Of a stretch of DNA of 64,000 bases, positions 49,381 through 60,122 are shown piece by piece (position 1 is the first letter of the stretch; every line of letters starts with the position of its first letter). Source of the DNA: Rhabdothermincola salaria (GTDB lineage Bacteria; Actinomycetota; Acidimicrobiia; Acidimicrobiales; Acidimicrobilacustridaceae); NCBI RefSeq assembly GCF_021246445.1, contig NZ_JAJQXW010000001.1:496001-560000 (forward strand), written 5' to 3'. A program made the translations under genes and the position numbers. A model generated the notes under the pieces. It was given only the letters and a program-made list of their open reading frames with translations, had not been told where the DNA came from and did not search any database.

Positions 49381-50528
49381 GGGTGCTGCGGGTGTCGCAC
49401 TCGGCGGTCGTGGGTGAGTGGCGTCGGCGGGAGGCCGAGCTGCGCCGCCTGGGGGTGGATGTGGCGCTGGTGTCGGCCAAGGCGTGGGACGAGGGCGGCC
49501 GCCGGGTGGTGCTGCAGCCCGAACCGGGGGTGACGGGGGCGCACACCTGGGGTCGCCATCCGTACCGGTTCGTGTACGACCCGCGGCCGGTGTGGCGGGC
49601 CCTGCGCTCGGGTCCGATCGACGAGCTCGACGTGCTCGACGTGCACGAGGAGCCGGCGGCCCTGGCCACGGCCGAGGTGCTGGCGCTGGAGTGGTTGTCG
49701 CGCCGCCTCCCCGGGCGGGGCCGTCGTCGGGGACGGGCCCGGGTGTGCCTCTACAGCGCCCAGAACATCGCCAAGCGCTATCCGCCGCCGTTCCGGTGGT
49801 TCGAGCGGTGGGCCCTGCGCCGGGCCGACGGCGTGCACAGCTGCAACGCCGAGGCCGGGCGGATCGTGGTGGCCAAGGGCTTCTCCGGGATGGTCGCCGA
49901 CCTCGGCCTGGGCGTCGACCCGCCCCGTGGCGCCCCTCCCGGCGCGTCCCCCGCGGCGTCGGGCGGCGAGTCGTCGAGCCACTCGAACGGTCCGTTGCGG
50001 GTGGGCTACGTGGGGCGCCTCGAGTCCTTCAAGGGGGTGGACGTGGCCGTGCGGGCGGTGGCCGCCGTGGCCGACGCCGAGCTGGTGGTGGTGGGCGACG
50101 GCCCCGAGCGGGGCGCCCTGGTCGCCCTGGCCGACCGGTCGGGGGTGGCCGATCGGGTGCGGTTCCGGGGCCCGGTCGACCACGACGACCTGGGAGCGGT
50201 GTACGCCGCCCTCGACGTGGTCGTCGTCCCATCGCTGGAGACGCCGGCGTGGGTCGAGCAGTTCGGTCGGGTGGCGGTGGAGGCCATGGCCAGCGGGGTG
50301 GCGGTGGTGGTGTCCGACAGCGGTGCCCTGCCCGAGGTGGTGGGCGACGGGGCCGAGGTGGTGCCGTGGGGCGACCCCGACGCGTTGGCCGCGGTGCTGG
50401 CCCGCCTGGCCGTCGACCCGACCGGCCGGGCCCGGTTGGCCGCCGCCGGACGAGCCCGGGCCGGGCACTTCACCTGGGCGGCGGTGGCGGCACGCCACCG
50501 GGCCCTCTACGACGAGGTGGTGGCGTGA
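49377..50528 (+). CDS. GT4 family glycosyltransferase
   Basis: VHEEP, YSAQNI, GYVGRLESFKG, EQFGRVAVEAMASG. Confidence 0.88.
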   Translation: MRVLRVSHSAVVGEWRRREAELRRLGVDVALVSAKAWDEGGRRVVLQPEPGVTGAHTWGRHPYRFVYDPRPVWRALRSGPIDELDVLDVHEEPAALATAEVLALEWLSRRLPGRGRRRGRARVCLYSAQNIAKRYPPPFRWFERWALRRADGVHSCNAEAGRIVVAKGFSGMVADLGLGVDPPRGAPPGASPAASGGESSSHSNGPLRVGYVGRLESFKGVDVAVRAVAAVADAELVVVGDGPERGALVALADRSGVADRVRFRGPVDHDDLGAVYAALDVVVVPSLETPAWVEQFGRVAVEAMASGVAVVVSDSGALPEVVGDGAEVVPWGDPDALAAVLARLAVDPTGRARLAAAGRARAGHFTWAAVAARHRALYDEVVA

Positions 50529-53500
50529 CCGGGCCGGCCGCCCCCGCCCTGGCGCTCGACGTGGTGGTGGTGAGCCACCGCTCGGCCGACCACCTGGCCG
50601 CCTGCCTGGCCGGCCTACCGCCGGAGGCGCACGTGGTGGTGGTGGACAACGCCTCACCGGACGCGTCGGTGGCGGTGGCCGAGGCGGCCGGCGCCGAGGT
50701 GGTGGCCGGGGCGGTCAACGCCGGGTTCGCGGCCGGGGCCAACCGGGGGGCCGCCCTCGGGACGGGCGAGGCGGTGCTGTTCCTCAACCCCGATGCGGTC
50801 GTCGACGCCGACATGGTGCGGGCCCTGGTGCAGCGCCTGGTCGACGAGCCCGACCTGGCGGTGGTGTCGCCGCGGCTGCGCCACCCCGACGGCTCCCAGC
50901 AGCGGGTGTGGTGGCCGTTCCCGTCGCCGGCCTCGGCCTGGTCGGAGGCGATCGGTCGGCACCGGTGGCCGGCGGGACGCCGTGGGCCGTCGGGCCCCAG
51001 GGGCGGGGCCGACGACGGCGTCGGTGGCGCCGCCGGGAGAGGGTTCGTCATCGGGGCGTGCTTCTTGGTGCGCCGGTCGGTGTTCGACGCCCTCGGTGGC
51101 TTCGACACCCGGTTCTGGCTCTACGGCGAGGAGGCCGAGCTGTGCCGTCGGGCGGTCGACGCCGGCTGGCGGGTGGCCGTGGCCGACGACCTCGAGGCGG
51201 CCCACGTGGGTGGGGCCAGCGCCGCGCCGCTGGACCCGGAGGTGTTCGACCACTTCGAGCGGGGCGGCGAGCACTTCGTGGCCGTGCACGCCGGCAAGGC
51301 CGCCCTGGTCTCGTACCGACTTGGCCAGCTGCTGGGGGCTGGGGTGCGGGCGGTGGTGCCCGGCTCGCCCGTGCGCCGCACGTTGCACCGGCTGCGGTCG
51401 CGGCGCCTGGTCGCCCAGCTGGTGCGGCGGCCCACCTCGGTGGCGCTCGACAGCCCGGCCACACGGGCCCCCGGTCGGGGGCTGGTGGTGTGCTCCCTCG
51501 AGCCGTGGGACGAAGTGTGGCGGCGCAACCAGTTCCTGGTGGACACACTGCTGCGGCGCGACCCGGACTTGCGGGTGCTGTTCGTGGAGCCGCCGTTCGA
51601 CTGGGTGCACGAGCGCCGGCGGGGCGCCGGCCGCCGTCGCCGGCGGGGGTTGCGGCCGGTGCCTGGCGAGGGGCGGGTGGTGCGCGTCGAGCCCGGCAAG
51701 GGGTGGCCCCGCCACCTGGGCCCGCTGCGCCTGGGGACGCTGGCCGACCGGTCGCTGCGCCGCCAGGTGCGCGAGGCAGCCGACGAGCTGGGCCTGGTGG
51801 CGCCCCGGCTGTGGGTGAACGACGCCCACTACGCCCACCTGGCCACCCGCACCGGGTGGCCGGCGCTCTACGACGTGACCGACGACTGGTCCGAGGCCGG
51901 CCGTGGCGATCCCGCCGCGGCGCGGGCGGCGGCCCGGGTGCGCGCCGACGAGGCCAAGCTGTTGGCGGAGTGCGAGGCCGTGGTGGTGTGCTCCGAGGCC
52001 CTGGCCGGGCCCCGCCGGGCGGTGCGCCCGGACGTGGAGGTGATCCCCAACGGCGCTGATGTGAGCCGGCTCACGACCCCCCAGCCCCGGCCCGAGGCCA
52101 TGCCGCCCGCCCCCACGGCGGTGTACGTGGGCACCCTGCACGAGGACCGCCTCGACGTCGACCTGGTAGAGGGCCTGGCGGCCGCCCGGCCCGACATGGC
52201 GGTGGTGCTGGTGGGCCCGGACGCCCTGGCACCGGCGGCGCAGGCCCGGCTCGCCACCCACCCGAACGTGCACCTGGTGGGGGCCCGTCCCCAGGGCGAG
52301 GTGGCCGGGTGGCTCCAGCACGCGGACGTGGTGGTGGTGCCCCACGTGGTGTCGGCGTTCACCGAGAGCCTCGACCCGATCAAGGCCTACGAGGTGCTGG
52401 CCGTGGGCCGCCCCACGGTGGCCACGCCGGTGGCCGGGTTCCGCGACCTGGGCGACCCGGTGCGCACGGTGAGCGCCGAGCGGTTCGTGGCCACGGTCGC
52501 CGAACTGGTCGACGCCCGCCCCGTGGCCTCCCGGCCCCGGCCGGTGCCCACCTGGGACGAGCGGGGAGAGGCCTTCGCCGCCGTGCTCGACCGGTTGGGC
52601 CGCGCTGGCGGCCCTGGCCGCCACCGCGATCGTCCCCTGCGGGTGGCGCTGGTGACCCACTGCGCCCAGCTCGGGGGCGCCGAGCTGGCCCTCGAGCGCA
52701 TGGTGCCGGCGGTGCGGGCCCGAGGGGTGGAGGTGGTGGTGGTGCTCGGCGAGCACGGTCCGCTGGCCCACCGGCTGCGCACCGCCGGGGCCACCGTGCT
52801 CGTACGCCCCCTCGATCCCCGCCTCGGGGCCACCCGGCGCGACGAGGTGGTCGGATGGTCGGCCCTCTCCCGTGCCGCCCAGGCCGCCCGGGAGGTGGTC
52901 CGCCTACGCCGCCTGCTGGTGGAGGTGGGCGCCGACGTGGTGCACACCAACTCGCTCAAGGCCCACCTGTACGGCGGGCTGGCCGGGCGCCTGGCCGGGG
53001 CGCCGGTGGTGTGGCACGTGCGCGATCGCATCGCCGCCGACTACCTGCCCCGCCCGGCGGTGGTGGCGCTGCGGGCCCTGGCCCGGCGCCTGCCCTCCGC
53101 GGTGGTGGCCAACTCCGAGGCCACCCGGGCCACGCTCGGTGCCGAGGCCGCCCGGGCCACGGTGGTGCACGATGCCCTGCCCGCCGAGCTGGTGGGCGCG
53201 CCTCCCGGCCCGGCGGCGTCGCCGGGCGGGGAGGGCCCGGGCCGGTGGGGGGCGAAGACGTCCACCGAAGCGCCGGGGCCCCTCGAGGTGGTGATGGTGG
53301 GGCGCCTGGCCCCGTGGAAGGGTCAGCACGTGGTGGTCGACGCGGTGGCCCGGGCGTTCTCGCCGGGGATGGTGCGCCTGCACCTGGTGGGCGCCGCACT
53401 GTTCGGCGAGGACGACTACGAGGCGCAGCTGCGCGCCCAGGTCCGCCGCCTCGGCATCGACGACGACGTGGTGTTCACCGGGTTCGTCGACGACGTGCCC

Positions 53501-53833
53501 GCTCGCCTGGCCGCGGCCGACGTGGTGGTGCACGCGTCGGTGCTGCCCGAGCCGTTCGGGCAGGTGGTCATCGAGGCCATGGCCGCGGGGCGGGCGGTGG
53601 TGGCCGCCGACGCCGGCGGACCGGCCGAGGTGGTCACCGACGGCGTGGACGGGCTGTTGGTGGCCCCCGACGACGTAGATGCCCTGGCCGCCGCCCTCGC
53701 CCGGCTGGCCGCCGATGCGGACCTGCGGGCCCGGCTCGGCCGCGAGGCGGCGCGCACCGCGGCGGTGTTCACCCCGGCCGCGGTGGCCGAGCGCCTGCTG
53801 GGCGTCTACGAGTCCCTGCCCACCCGGCGGTAG
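50525..53833 (+). CDS. Three-domain glycosyltransferase fusion (GT2 + GT4-like + GT4)
   Basis: GT2 (VVVDNAS, NAGFAAGAN, FLNPDA, FWLYGEE), second domain (YDVTDDW, DPIKAYE), third domain (GGAE, GRLAPWKG, EPFGQVVIEAMAAG) in one frame. Confidence 0.85.
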   Translation: MTGPAAPALALDVVVVSHRSADHLAACLAGLPPEAHVVVVDNASPDASVAVAEAAGAEVVAGAVNAGFAAGANRGAALGTGEAVLFLNPDAVVDADMVRALVQRLVDEPDLAVVSPRLRHPDGSQQRVWWPFPSPASAWSEAIGRHRWPAGRRGPSGPRGGADDGVGGAAGRGFVIGACFLVRRSVFDALGGFDTRFWLYGEEAELCRRAVDAGWRVAVADDLEAAHVGGASAAPLDPEVFDHFERGGEHFVAVHAGKAALVSYRLGQLLGAGVRAVVPGSPVRRTLHRLRSRRLVAQLVRRPTSVALDSPATRAPGRGLVVCSLEPWDEVWRRNQFLVDTLLRRDPDLRVLFVEPPFDWVHERRRGAGRRRRRGLRPVPGEGRVVRVEPGKGWPRHLGPLRLGTLADRSLRRQVREAADELGLVAPRLWVNDAHYAHLATRTGWPALYDVTDDWSEAGRGDPAAARAAARVRADEAKLLAECEAVVVCSEALAGPRRAVRPDVEVIPNGADVSRLTTPQPRPEAMPPAPTAVYVGTLHEDRLDVDLVEGLAAARPDMAVVLVGPDALAPAAQARLATHPNVHLVGARPQGEVAGWLQHADVVVVPHVVSAFTESLDPIKAYEVLAVGRPTVATPVAGFRDLGDPVRTVSAERFVATVAELVDARPVASRPRPVPTWDERGEAFAAVLDRLGRAGGPGRHRDRPLRVALVTHCAQLGGAELALERMVPAVRARGVEVVVVLGEHGPLAHRLRTAGATVLVRPLDPRLGATRRDEVVGWSALSRAAQAAREVVRLRRLLVEVGADVVHTNSLKAHLYGGLAGRLAGAPVVWHVRDRIAADYLPRPAVVALRALARRLPSAVVANSEATRATLGAEAARATVVHDALPAELVGAPPGPAASPGGEGPGRWGAKTSTEAPGPLEVVMVGRLAPWKGQHVVVDAVARAFSPGMVRLHLVGAALFGEDDYEAQLRAQVRRLGIDDDVVFTGFVDDVPARLAAADVVVHASVLPEPFGQVVIEAMAAGRAVVAADAGGPAEVVTDGVDGLLVAPDDVDALAAALARLAADADLRARLGREAARTAAVFTPAAVAERLLGVYESLPTRR

Positions 53834-54837
53834 ACGGCGTCGAGGGCGTCGACGTGGCCCTCGATGGTGAAGGCCTCGGCCCACCGCTGGTGCAGGGCGT
53901 CGCCCACGCTCGCCTGCCGTCCCTCGTCGTCGGCCAGGGCCCGCAGCTCGGTGGCCGCCTCGGACGCCGACCCCGGGGTGAACAGCCCGCCGACCCCGGC
54001 CGAGCCGACGGTCTCGAGGTGGGCGCCGCCGGCGGCGGCCACCACTGGGGTGCCCGCGGCCATGGCCTCCACCACGGTGAGGCCGAAGGGTTCGGCGGGG
54101 GCGGGGGCCACCACGATGGACGCCTCGGCCAGGCGGCGGGGCACGTCGCCGACGAACCCGGCGAAGCGCACCGAGCCCTCGACGCCCCCCGAGCGGGCCA
54201 GGGCCTCGAGGCGGGGGCGCTCGGCGCCGTCGCCCACCACGTCGAGGTGCCAGCCCTGCTCGGCCAGGCCGGAGGCGGCCCAGGCCCGCAGGGCGGTGGC
54301 GGTGTCCTTCTCGGCCTCCAGACGTTGGGCGACGAGCACCACCGGCCGGCGGGGGCGCGGCGGCTGGGTCCACGGCACCCCGTTGGGCACCACGTGCACG
54401 CGGGGGTCGCCGAGGTCGAGCCCGGCGCGCTCGGCCACGAAGGCGCTGATGGCCACCTGGGCGGCGAGGAACCGGGGGAGGAGGCGGTAGAGGCGGGCCC
54501 GGCGGCGGCCGGCGCCGCGCTCCTGGGCGAAGTGCACGGTGGCGACGACGGGGGCGTGGTGGCGGGGCCGGGAGGCGACGGCGGCCACCTCGGCGGCGGT
54601 CATGTGGGCGTGCACCACGTCGGGTCGCTGCGAACCCAGCGCCCGGGCGGCGGCCGCCGTTGTCGAGGCGGGGGCCCACTCGGCACCGGCGCCGTCCAGC
54701 GCGGCGGTCATGGGCAAGTGGGCCCCGCCCAGCACGGTGACCTGGTGGCCGAGCTCGGCCTGGCGGGCGGCCACGTAGGTGACGTAGCGCTCGACGCCGG
54801 CGAAGGCGTCGGTGCACACCACGTGCACGACCCTCAT
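53806..54837 (-). CDS. GT4 family glycosyltransferase
   Basis: AGVERYV, RLEAEKD, EPFGLTVVEAMAAGTP; 28-nt tail-to-tail overlap with the fusion gene. Confidence 0.88.
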   Translation of the reverse strand: MRVVHVVCTDAFAGVERYVTYVAARQAELGHQVTVLGGAHLPMTAALDGAGAEWAPASTTAAAARALGSQRPDVVHAHMTAAEVAAVASRPRHHAPVVATVHFAQERGAGRRRARLYRLLPRFLAAQVAISAFVAERAGLDLGDPRVHVVPNGVPWTQPPRPRRPVVLVAQRLEAEKDTATALRAWAASGLAEQGWHLDVVGDGAERPRLEALARSGGVEGSVRFAGFVGDVPRRLAEASIVVAPAPAEPFGLTVVEAMAAGTPVVAAAGGAHLETVGSAGVGGLFTPGSASEAATELRALADDEGRQASVGDALHQRWAEAFTIEGHVDALDAVYRRVGRDS

Positions 54838-54954
54838 GGCCACGATCCGCCCCGAGGGGAGGCGGGGGTCCGCGGGGCTCGACGCACGGGCCGCATGGTA
54901 CGACGGCTCCAAGACCGTCCCGGGCGCTCGGCGGCGTCGCCTATCGTCCGGGCG

Positions 54955-55935
54955 ATGGCCGCCGCCTTTCGTCGAGTCCTGCCCGCGGGGCTCAAGGGCC
55001 GGGTGCGCGAGGCCATCCGGCGCACCGAACGGGGCCGGCGCCTCACCGACGACATCGTCACGCCGACGCCCGAGAAGGCGGCGGGCACGCCCGGTGCGGT
55101 CCACGGTCCGGGCATCCCGATCCTGGCCCTGATGGCCACGTGGAACGAGGAGGAGATCGCCTACGCGTCGGTGCGCCACGCCCTCGCCCTCGGGGTGGAC
55201 GCGGTGTTCGTGCTCGACAACGCCAGCGACGACGCCACCCGCACCGAGGTGGAGGCCGCCGGCGCCACGGTGGTGATGACCTACGCCACCGAGCAGTTCG
55301 ACGAGGCCTTCAAGTACGAGCTGGTCAACCGGCAGATCCCCCGCCTCACCGCCGAGCGGGGCCTCGACCGGGCCTGGTGGCTGATGCTCGACGCCGACGA
55401 GTTCCTGGACGTCCCGGGTGGCTCGCTGCCCGGCTTCCTGGCCGGCGTGGAGGCCGAGGCGAGGGTGGTGGGGGCCCGGGTGTTCGACCACTACCCCTCC
55501 GCCCCCGACGGCTACGTGGCTCGCACGAACCCGTTGGCCCAGCAACCGCTGTGCCGGGAGGTGGGCTACGACGCCTGCCGGGCCGGGCACCACAAGCACC
55601 CGCTGTTCCTGGTCGACGCCGACGCCCCGCCGATCTCGGTGTCGCCGGGGTTCCACACCCTGCGGGCCCGGGGGCGACTGCGCGAGAGCGCCCGCAGCGT
55701 GGTGCTGCACCACCACCCGCTGCGCGACGCCCAGGTGGCTCGGCGCCGCCTCGCCGCCCTGGCGGCCCGTGGCACCACCGCCGACAGCCGCCACCGCCTG
55801 CAGGCCGACGGCCACATGCGGGCCCGTCTGGCCTCCCTCGACGCCGTGTACGCCGGCGACTTCGACGCGGTGATCGACCACCGCACCGGGGGGCGGGGCA
55901 TCCGGGTGCATCCGTGGCCGGAGGTGGCGCCGTGA
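54955..55935 (+). CDS. GT2 family glycosyltransferase
   Basis: ATWNEEE, VLDNASDD, WWLMLDADEF. Confidence 0.82.
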   Translation: MAAAFRRVLPAGLKGRVREAIRRTERGRRLTDDIVTPTPEKAAGTPGAVHGPGIPILALMATWNEEEIAYASVRHALALGVDAVFVLDNASDDATRTEVEAAGATVVMTYATEQFDEAFKYELVNRQIPRLTAERGLDRAWWLMLDADEFLDVPGGSLPGFLAGVEAEARVVGARVFDHYPSAPDGYVARTNPLAQQPLCREVGYDACRAGHHKHPLFLVDADAPPISVSPGFHTLRARGRLRESARSVVLHHHPLRDAQVARRRLAALAARGTTADSRHRLQADGHMRARLASLDAVYAGDFDAVIDHRTGGRGIRVHPWPEVAP

Positions 55936-57116
55936 CCTGGTGGCACCTCACCATGCCGTTCTCCACCGACGGCAGCGCGGTGAACAACGTGATCCGCGAG
56001 GTCACCCGGGCGGCGGCGGCAGACGGCATCGATTCGGTGGTGGTGGGCTCGCACAACCGCACCTACGAGTTCCCCCACGCCCGGGTGGAGACGGTCGACC
56101 ACGCCGCCCACCTCGACCACGAGTACCTGACCCGCCCGCAGATGCTGGCCGACGCCGCCCTGGGCCGGGTGGGCCGGGCCCGGCCGTGGGCGGGGCGCCT
56201 CTACCGGCCGGCGGCCGAGCAGCTGGGCTCGGTCGACGGGCCGGTGTTCGTGCACGAGGGGTTCTACGGGGCGGTGGCCCCGTCGCTGGTGCGCGCCACC
56301 GGCTACGACGGCGGGTTGTTCGTGTACCTGCACGCCCAGGTGTCCAAGACGTACTCGCGGCGCGAGCTGCGGCGCCTGCTCGACCCGGTCGATGCCGTGG
56401 TGTGCGTGTCGGGCGCCATGCGCGACGTGCTCGCCGACCGTCTCGGCGGGGGCCGGTGGGCCGACCGGCTGGCGGTGGTCAACAACGCGGTGGACGTGGA
56501 CCGGTTCACCCCGGCAGTCGCGCAGCCCCACGCCGACGGGTCGGGGCCGCCGGTGGTGCTGTTCGTCGGGGCCATGATCCCCGCCAAGGGCCCCGACGTG
56601 CTCCTCGACGCCCTGGTGCTGCTGGCCGAGCGGGGGGTGGAGGTGCAGGCCCGTTTCGTGGGCAGCTCCACCCATGCCCCCGGGCTGCCGCTGAGCCGGT
56701 TCGAGCGCCGGCTGCGGCGCCGAGCCGAACGCCTGGGCGACCGGGTGACGTTGGTGCCCTACGTGCCCAACGCCGAGGTGCCCGAGCTGTACCGGGCCGC
56801 CGACGTGTTGGTGGTGCCCAGCCAGTTCGCCGACCCGTGCCCGTTGGTGGTGCTGGAGGGGATGGCCTCCGGCCTGGCCGTGGTGGCCACCCCGCGCGGT
56901 GGCGCCCCCGAGATCGGCGCCGACGCAGTGGACTACGCCGACGGGGCCGAGGGCCTGGCCGCGGTGCTGGCCGTGCTGGCCACCGACCCGGAGCGCCGGC
57001 GGGCCCAGGGTGAGCGCGGTCGCCGCCAGGCCGAGGCCTCGACGTGGGCTCACCGTCTCGAGCGGCTGCGCGCCGTGGTCGACGCGACGGCGGCGGGCGC
57101 GGGGTCGGCATCGTGA
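55932..57116 (+). CDS. GT4 family glycosyltransferase
   Basis: LFVGAMIPAKG, PSQFADPCPLVVLEGMASG. Confidence 0.85.
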   Translation: MTWWHLTMPFSTDGSAVNNVIREVTRAAAADGIDSVVVGSHNRTYEFPHARVETVDHAAHLDHEYLTRPQMLADAALGRVGRARPWAGRLYRPAAEQLGSVDGPVFVHEGFYGAVAPSLVRATGYDGGLFVYLHAQVSKTYSRRELRRLLDPVDAVVCVSGAMRDVLADRLGGGRWADRLAVVNNAVDVDRFTPAVAQPHADGSGPPVVLFVGAMIPAKGPDVLLDALVLLAERGVEVQARFVGSSTHAPGLPLSRFERRLRRRAERLGDRVTLVPYVPNAEVPELYRAADVLVVPSQFADPCPLVVLEGMASGLAVVATPRGGAPEIGADAVDYADGAEGLAAVLAVLATDPERRRAQGERGRRQAEASTWAHRLERLRAVVDATAAGAGSAS

Positions 57117-58027
57117 GCCCCGAGCCGACCGAGCCGACCGAGCCGACCGACGCCACCGCAGCGGCCGGAGCCCGGCCCGCGGTCGACCCCGGGGGCGAGC
57201 GGCTGCGCCCGCTGCGCCCGGACTGGCTGATCATCGGCGCCCAGAAGTGCGGGACGACGTCGCTGGCGGTCGCCCTGGGCCGGCACCCCGACATCTTCGT
57301 GCCGGCGGGCAAGGAGGCCCACCACTTCGGCACGGTGCACGACGCCGGGGTGGGCGGTGAGGACTACGCCGGGTTCTTCGCCGGATGGCAGGGCGAGCGC
57401 CTGATCGGTGAAGCCACCCCCGAGTACCTGTACCTGCCGTCGGCGCCCCGCCAGATCCTCGGCTATCTGCCGGAGGTGAGGCTGGTGGCCATGCTGCGCG
57501 ACCCGGTGGACCGGGCCTGGTCGGCGTACTGGCACGGGGTGCGCACCGGCGTGATCCGAGGCAGCTTCGAGCAGGCCCTCGACGACGAGGCGCGGGTGCT
57601 CGGCCGGGGTCGCTACAGCTTCACGTCGCTGGTCGACCGGGGCCGCTACGTCACCCAGCTGCGGCGTTACGAGGCGGCGGGCCTGGACCGGGCGGCGCTG
57701 CACGTGGTGATCTTCGAGGAGCTCGTGGCCGACCCGGTGGCCGGGGTGGAGGCGGTGCAGCGCTTCCTCGGGGTCGAACCGCTGGCGCTGGGCCTGGAGC
57801 TGCGCAACCCGGCGCGCCTCAATCGCCTGCCGGCGGTGCTGCGGGGCCCGGTCTGGCGCCGGCGGGGCACCCGGTGGGGGCGCCATGTCTACGGTCGCAG
57901 CCTGGTGCCCTTCACCCCGCCGCCGATGGCGCCGGCCACCCGGGCCTGCCTGGTCGAGGCGTTCGCCCCGTACAACGAGGCCCTGGCCACCTGGCTCGGC
58001 CGCGATCTGCCCTGGAGCACACCGTGA
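57113..58027 (+). CDS. PAPS-dependent sulfotransferase
   Basis: 5'-PSB IIGAQKCGTTSL, KEAHHF, GEATPEY, 3'-PB LRDPVDRAWS. Confidence 0.9.
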   Translation: MSPEPTEPTEPTDATAAAGARPAVDPGGERLRPLRPDWLIIGAQKCGTTSLAVALGRHPDIFVPAGKEAHHFGTVHDAGVGGEDYAGFFAGWQGERLIGEATPEYLYLPSAPRQILGYLPEVRLVAMLRDPVDRAWSAYWHGVRTGVIRGSFEQALDDEARVLGRGRYSFTSLVDRGRYVTQLRRYEAAGLDRAALHVVIFEELVADPVAGVEAVQRFLGVEPLALGLELRNPARLNRLPAVLRGPVWRRRGTRWGRHVYGRSLVPFTPPPMAPATRACLVEAFAPYNEALATWLGRDLPWSTP

Positions 58028-59067
58028 GTGCCGGCGCCGGCGCCCGCCCGACGGTGTCGGTGGTGATCCCCACCGCGGGCGAGCATCGCCGCTACCGCTT
58101 GCAGCTGGCCCTGTTGTCGTTGCAACGGCAACTGTTGCCGGACGATCACCTCGAGGTGGTGGTGGTGCTCGACGGCGAGGACCCGGGCGACTACGTGGTG
58201 GTGGCCGACGTGGGCCTCGACGTGACCTTGCTGGCCCAGCCCCAGGCGGGACCGGCCACGGCGCGCAACACGGGGTGGCGGGCGACGTCGGGTGACGTGG
58301 TGGCCTTCCTCGACGACGACGTGGCGGTCATGCCGGGGTGGCTCGACGACCTGCGTACGTTCTTCGCCGAGCACCCCGGGGTGGCCGCCGTCGGCGGCAC
58401 CATCGAGCCGCTGCACCCCCGCAACGTGGTGAGTCGGATGATGACCGACTTCGGCCACCTCGACCACCGCCGCGGGCCCCACGGCAAGCGCCTGCTCACC
58501 GCCAACGCTGCTGTCCGGCGCCCGGCCCTCGAGGCCGTGGGCGGGTTCGACGAGTCGTTCCCGCTGGCGGCCGGGGAGGACATGGACCTCTCCGACCGGC
58601 TGGGTCGGGCCGGCTTGGTGGTGACCACGACCGAGGGGGCGACCGTGCTGCACGGGCACCCCCGCCGCCCCCGCTCGATGGTGGCCACCGCCCGCCGCTA
58701 CCGGGCCGGAGGGATTCGACCGGATCTCGACGAGCAGGGGAGCGCGCCCTCGCGGACGCCGTCGGGACCGTCGGTGGTGCCCGGACCGGCAACCGCCCGT
58801 CCGGGGGCCTCGAAGCGCGCCGTGACGGCGGCGCGGCGGGTGGTGGCCGACCGGGTGCACCGTCCGGGTCGTCACCCGGCGGTGGTCGACGTGGTGGACC
58901 TGGTGGTGTTCGGTCTGCCTCAGCTGCGCCACCTGCCTGACCTGGTGGCGCAGGCGCGGGCCGGCCGCACCCGTCCCGGGCCGCTCACCGCGCTGGTGGA
59001 GGCGCTGTTGGAGCTGCGGTGGCGGGTGGAGTTCACCCGCCCGGCGGTCAGGATCGAGCGAACGTGA
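58024..59067 (+). CDS. GT2 family glycosyltransferase
   Basis: VSVVIPT, GPATARN, FLDDD, GGFDESF..GED. Confidence 0.87.
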   Translation: MSAGAGARPTVSVVIPTAGEHRRYRLQLALLSLQRQLLPDDHLEVVVVLDGEDPGDYVVVADVGLDVTLLAQPQAGPATARNTGWRATSGDVVAFLDDDVAVMPGWLDDLRTFFAEHPGVAAVGGTIEPLHPRNVVSRMMTDFGHLDHRRGPHGKRLLTANAAVRRPALEAVGGFDESFPLAAGEDMDLSDRLGRAGLVVTTTEGATVLHGHPRRPRSMVATARRYRAGGIRPDLDEQGSAPSRTPSGPSVVPGPATARPGASKRAVTAARRVVADRVHRPGRHPAVVDVVDLVVFGLPQLRHLPDLVAQARAGRTRPGPLTALVEALLELRWRVEFTRPAVRIERT

Positions 59068-59147
59068 CGAGCGGCGTGTGGTCGCCGTCGTCGGCCTCCC
59101 GGAGTGCGCCGGGAACGTCGGACGACGGGCTCTTGGCCCGCGGTGGC

Positions 59148-60122
59148 TCAGCGGCGGGTGAGGCGACGGAGGCGCTCGGCGGGCGGTGAGGTGGCGGTCA
59201 CCTCGGTGGCCACGCCGGCCAGGTAGGCGACGTGGCGCACGGCGGGGCGGGGGTCGTCGCCGCGCACCAGGTGCACGCCGGCGGCGGCCGCGGTGCGGCA
59301 CGCGGCCCGCAGGGCGGCGGCGAGGCGGATGTCGTCGGCCACGAGCCCGGGGTGGCGGCGGGCGAAGCCGACGAGGCCGCGCCCGTGGAGGAAGGTCTTG
59401 GCCAGCAGGCCGCCGACGGTGGGGGTGAGGCGGTAGTCCACGCGGGCGTCGTCGACCCACACGAAGGCCACGCCGGCCTCGTGGGCACAGCCCTGCAGGT
59501 CGACCTCCTCGAAGCCGACGGCGTGGATGTCTTCGCGGAAGCCGCCGAGGCGCCCCCACAGGGCGCGGGGCAGGGCCAGATTGGCGCCCCAGCCGTACAC
59601 GAAGCCGTTCGCTCCCTCGGCGGGGGCGGGCAGGGCGAACTGCCAGCGACGGGAGCGGGGGCCGCTGAGGGCGGTGGGGTCGAGGGGGCCGGCGGCGATG
59701 CGGTCGGGGCCGTGGCGCAGGGTGCGCCAGTGGGCGTCGAGCCACCCGGGGGTGACGGCGTCGTCGGCGTCGCAGTAGGCGAGGATGCGGCCTCGGGCGG
59801 CGGCGGCGCCGGCGTTGCGGGCCCGGTTGGAGCCGGGCACCGGGCCGGCGTCGACCACCCGCACCGGCACCCGGTGGCCGAGGGGGTGGGCGGCCACCAC
59901 CGCGACGGTGGCGTCGGTGGAGCCGTTGTCGGCCACCACCACCTCCCAGCGGCACCGGGTGGTCTGGGCGGCGAGGGCGTCGAGCTGGGTGGCGATGGTG
60001 GCGGCACCGTCGCGCACGGGGATCACGACGGTCACGTCGACGGTGTCGCGGGCCGTGTCACTGGCTGTGTCCCGGGCCGTGTCGCCGTCCGGCCCGGGGT
60101 CGGGTGCCTGCCCTGCGGTCAC
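59148..60122 (-). CDS. GT2 family glycosyltransferase
   Basis: VTVVIPV, VVADNGSTD, ARNAG, YCDADD. Confidence 0.87.
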   Translation of the reverse strand: MTAGQAPDPGPDGDTARDTASDTARDTVDVTVVIPVRDGAATIATQLDALAAQTTRCRWEVVVADNGSTDATVAVVAAHPLGHRVPVRVVDAGPVPGSNRARNAGAAAARGRILAYCDADDAVTPGWLDAHWRTLRHGPDRIAAGPLDPTALSGPRSRRWQFALPAPAEGANGFVYGWGANLALPRALWGRLGGFREDIHAVGFEEVDLQGCAHEAGVAFVWVDDARVDYRLTPTVGGLLAKTFLHGRGLVGFARRHPGLVADDIRLAAALRAACRTAAAAGVHLVRGDDPRPAVRHVAYLAGVATEVTATSPPAERLRRLTRR

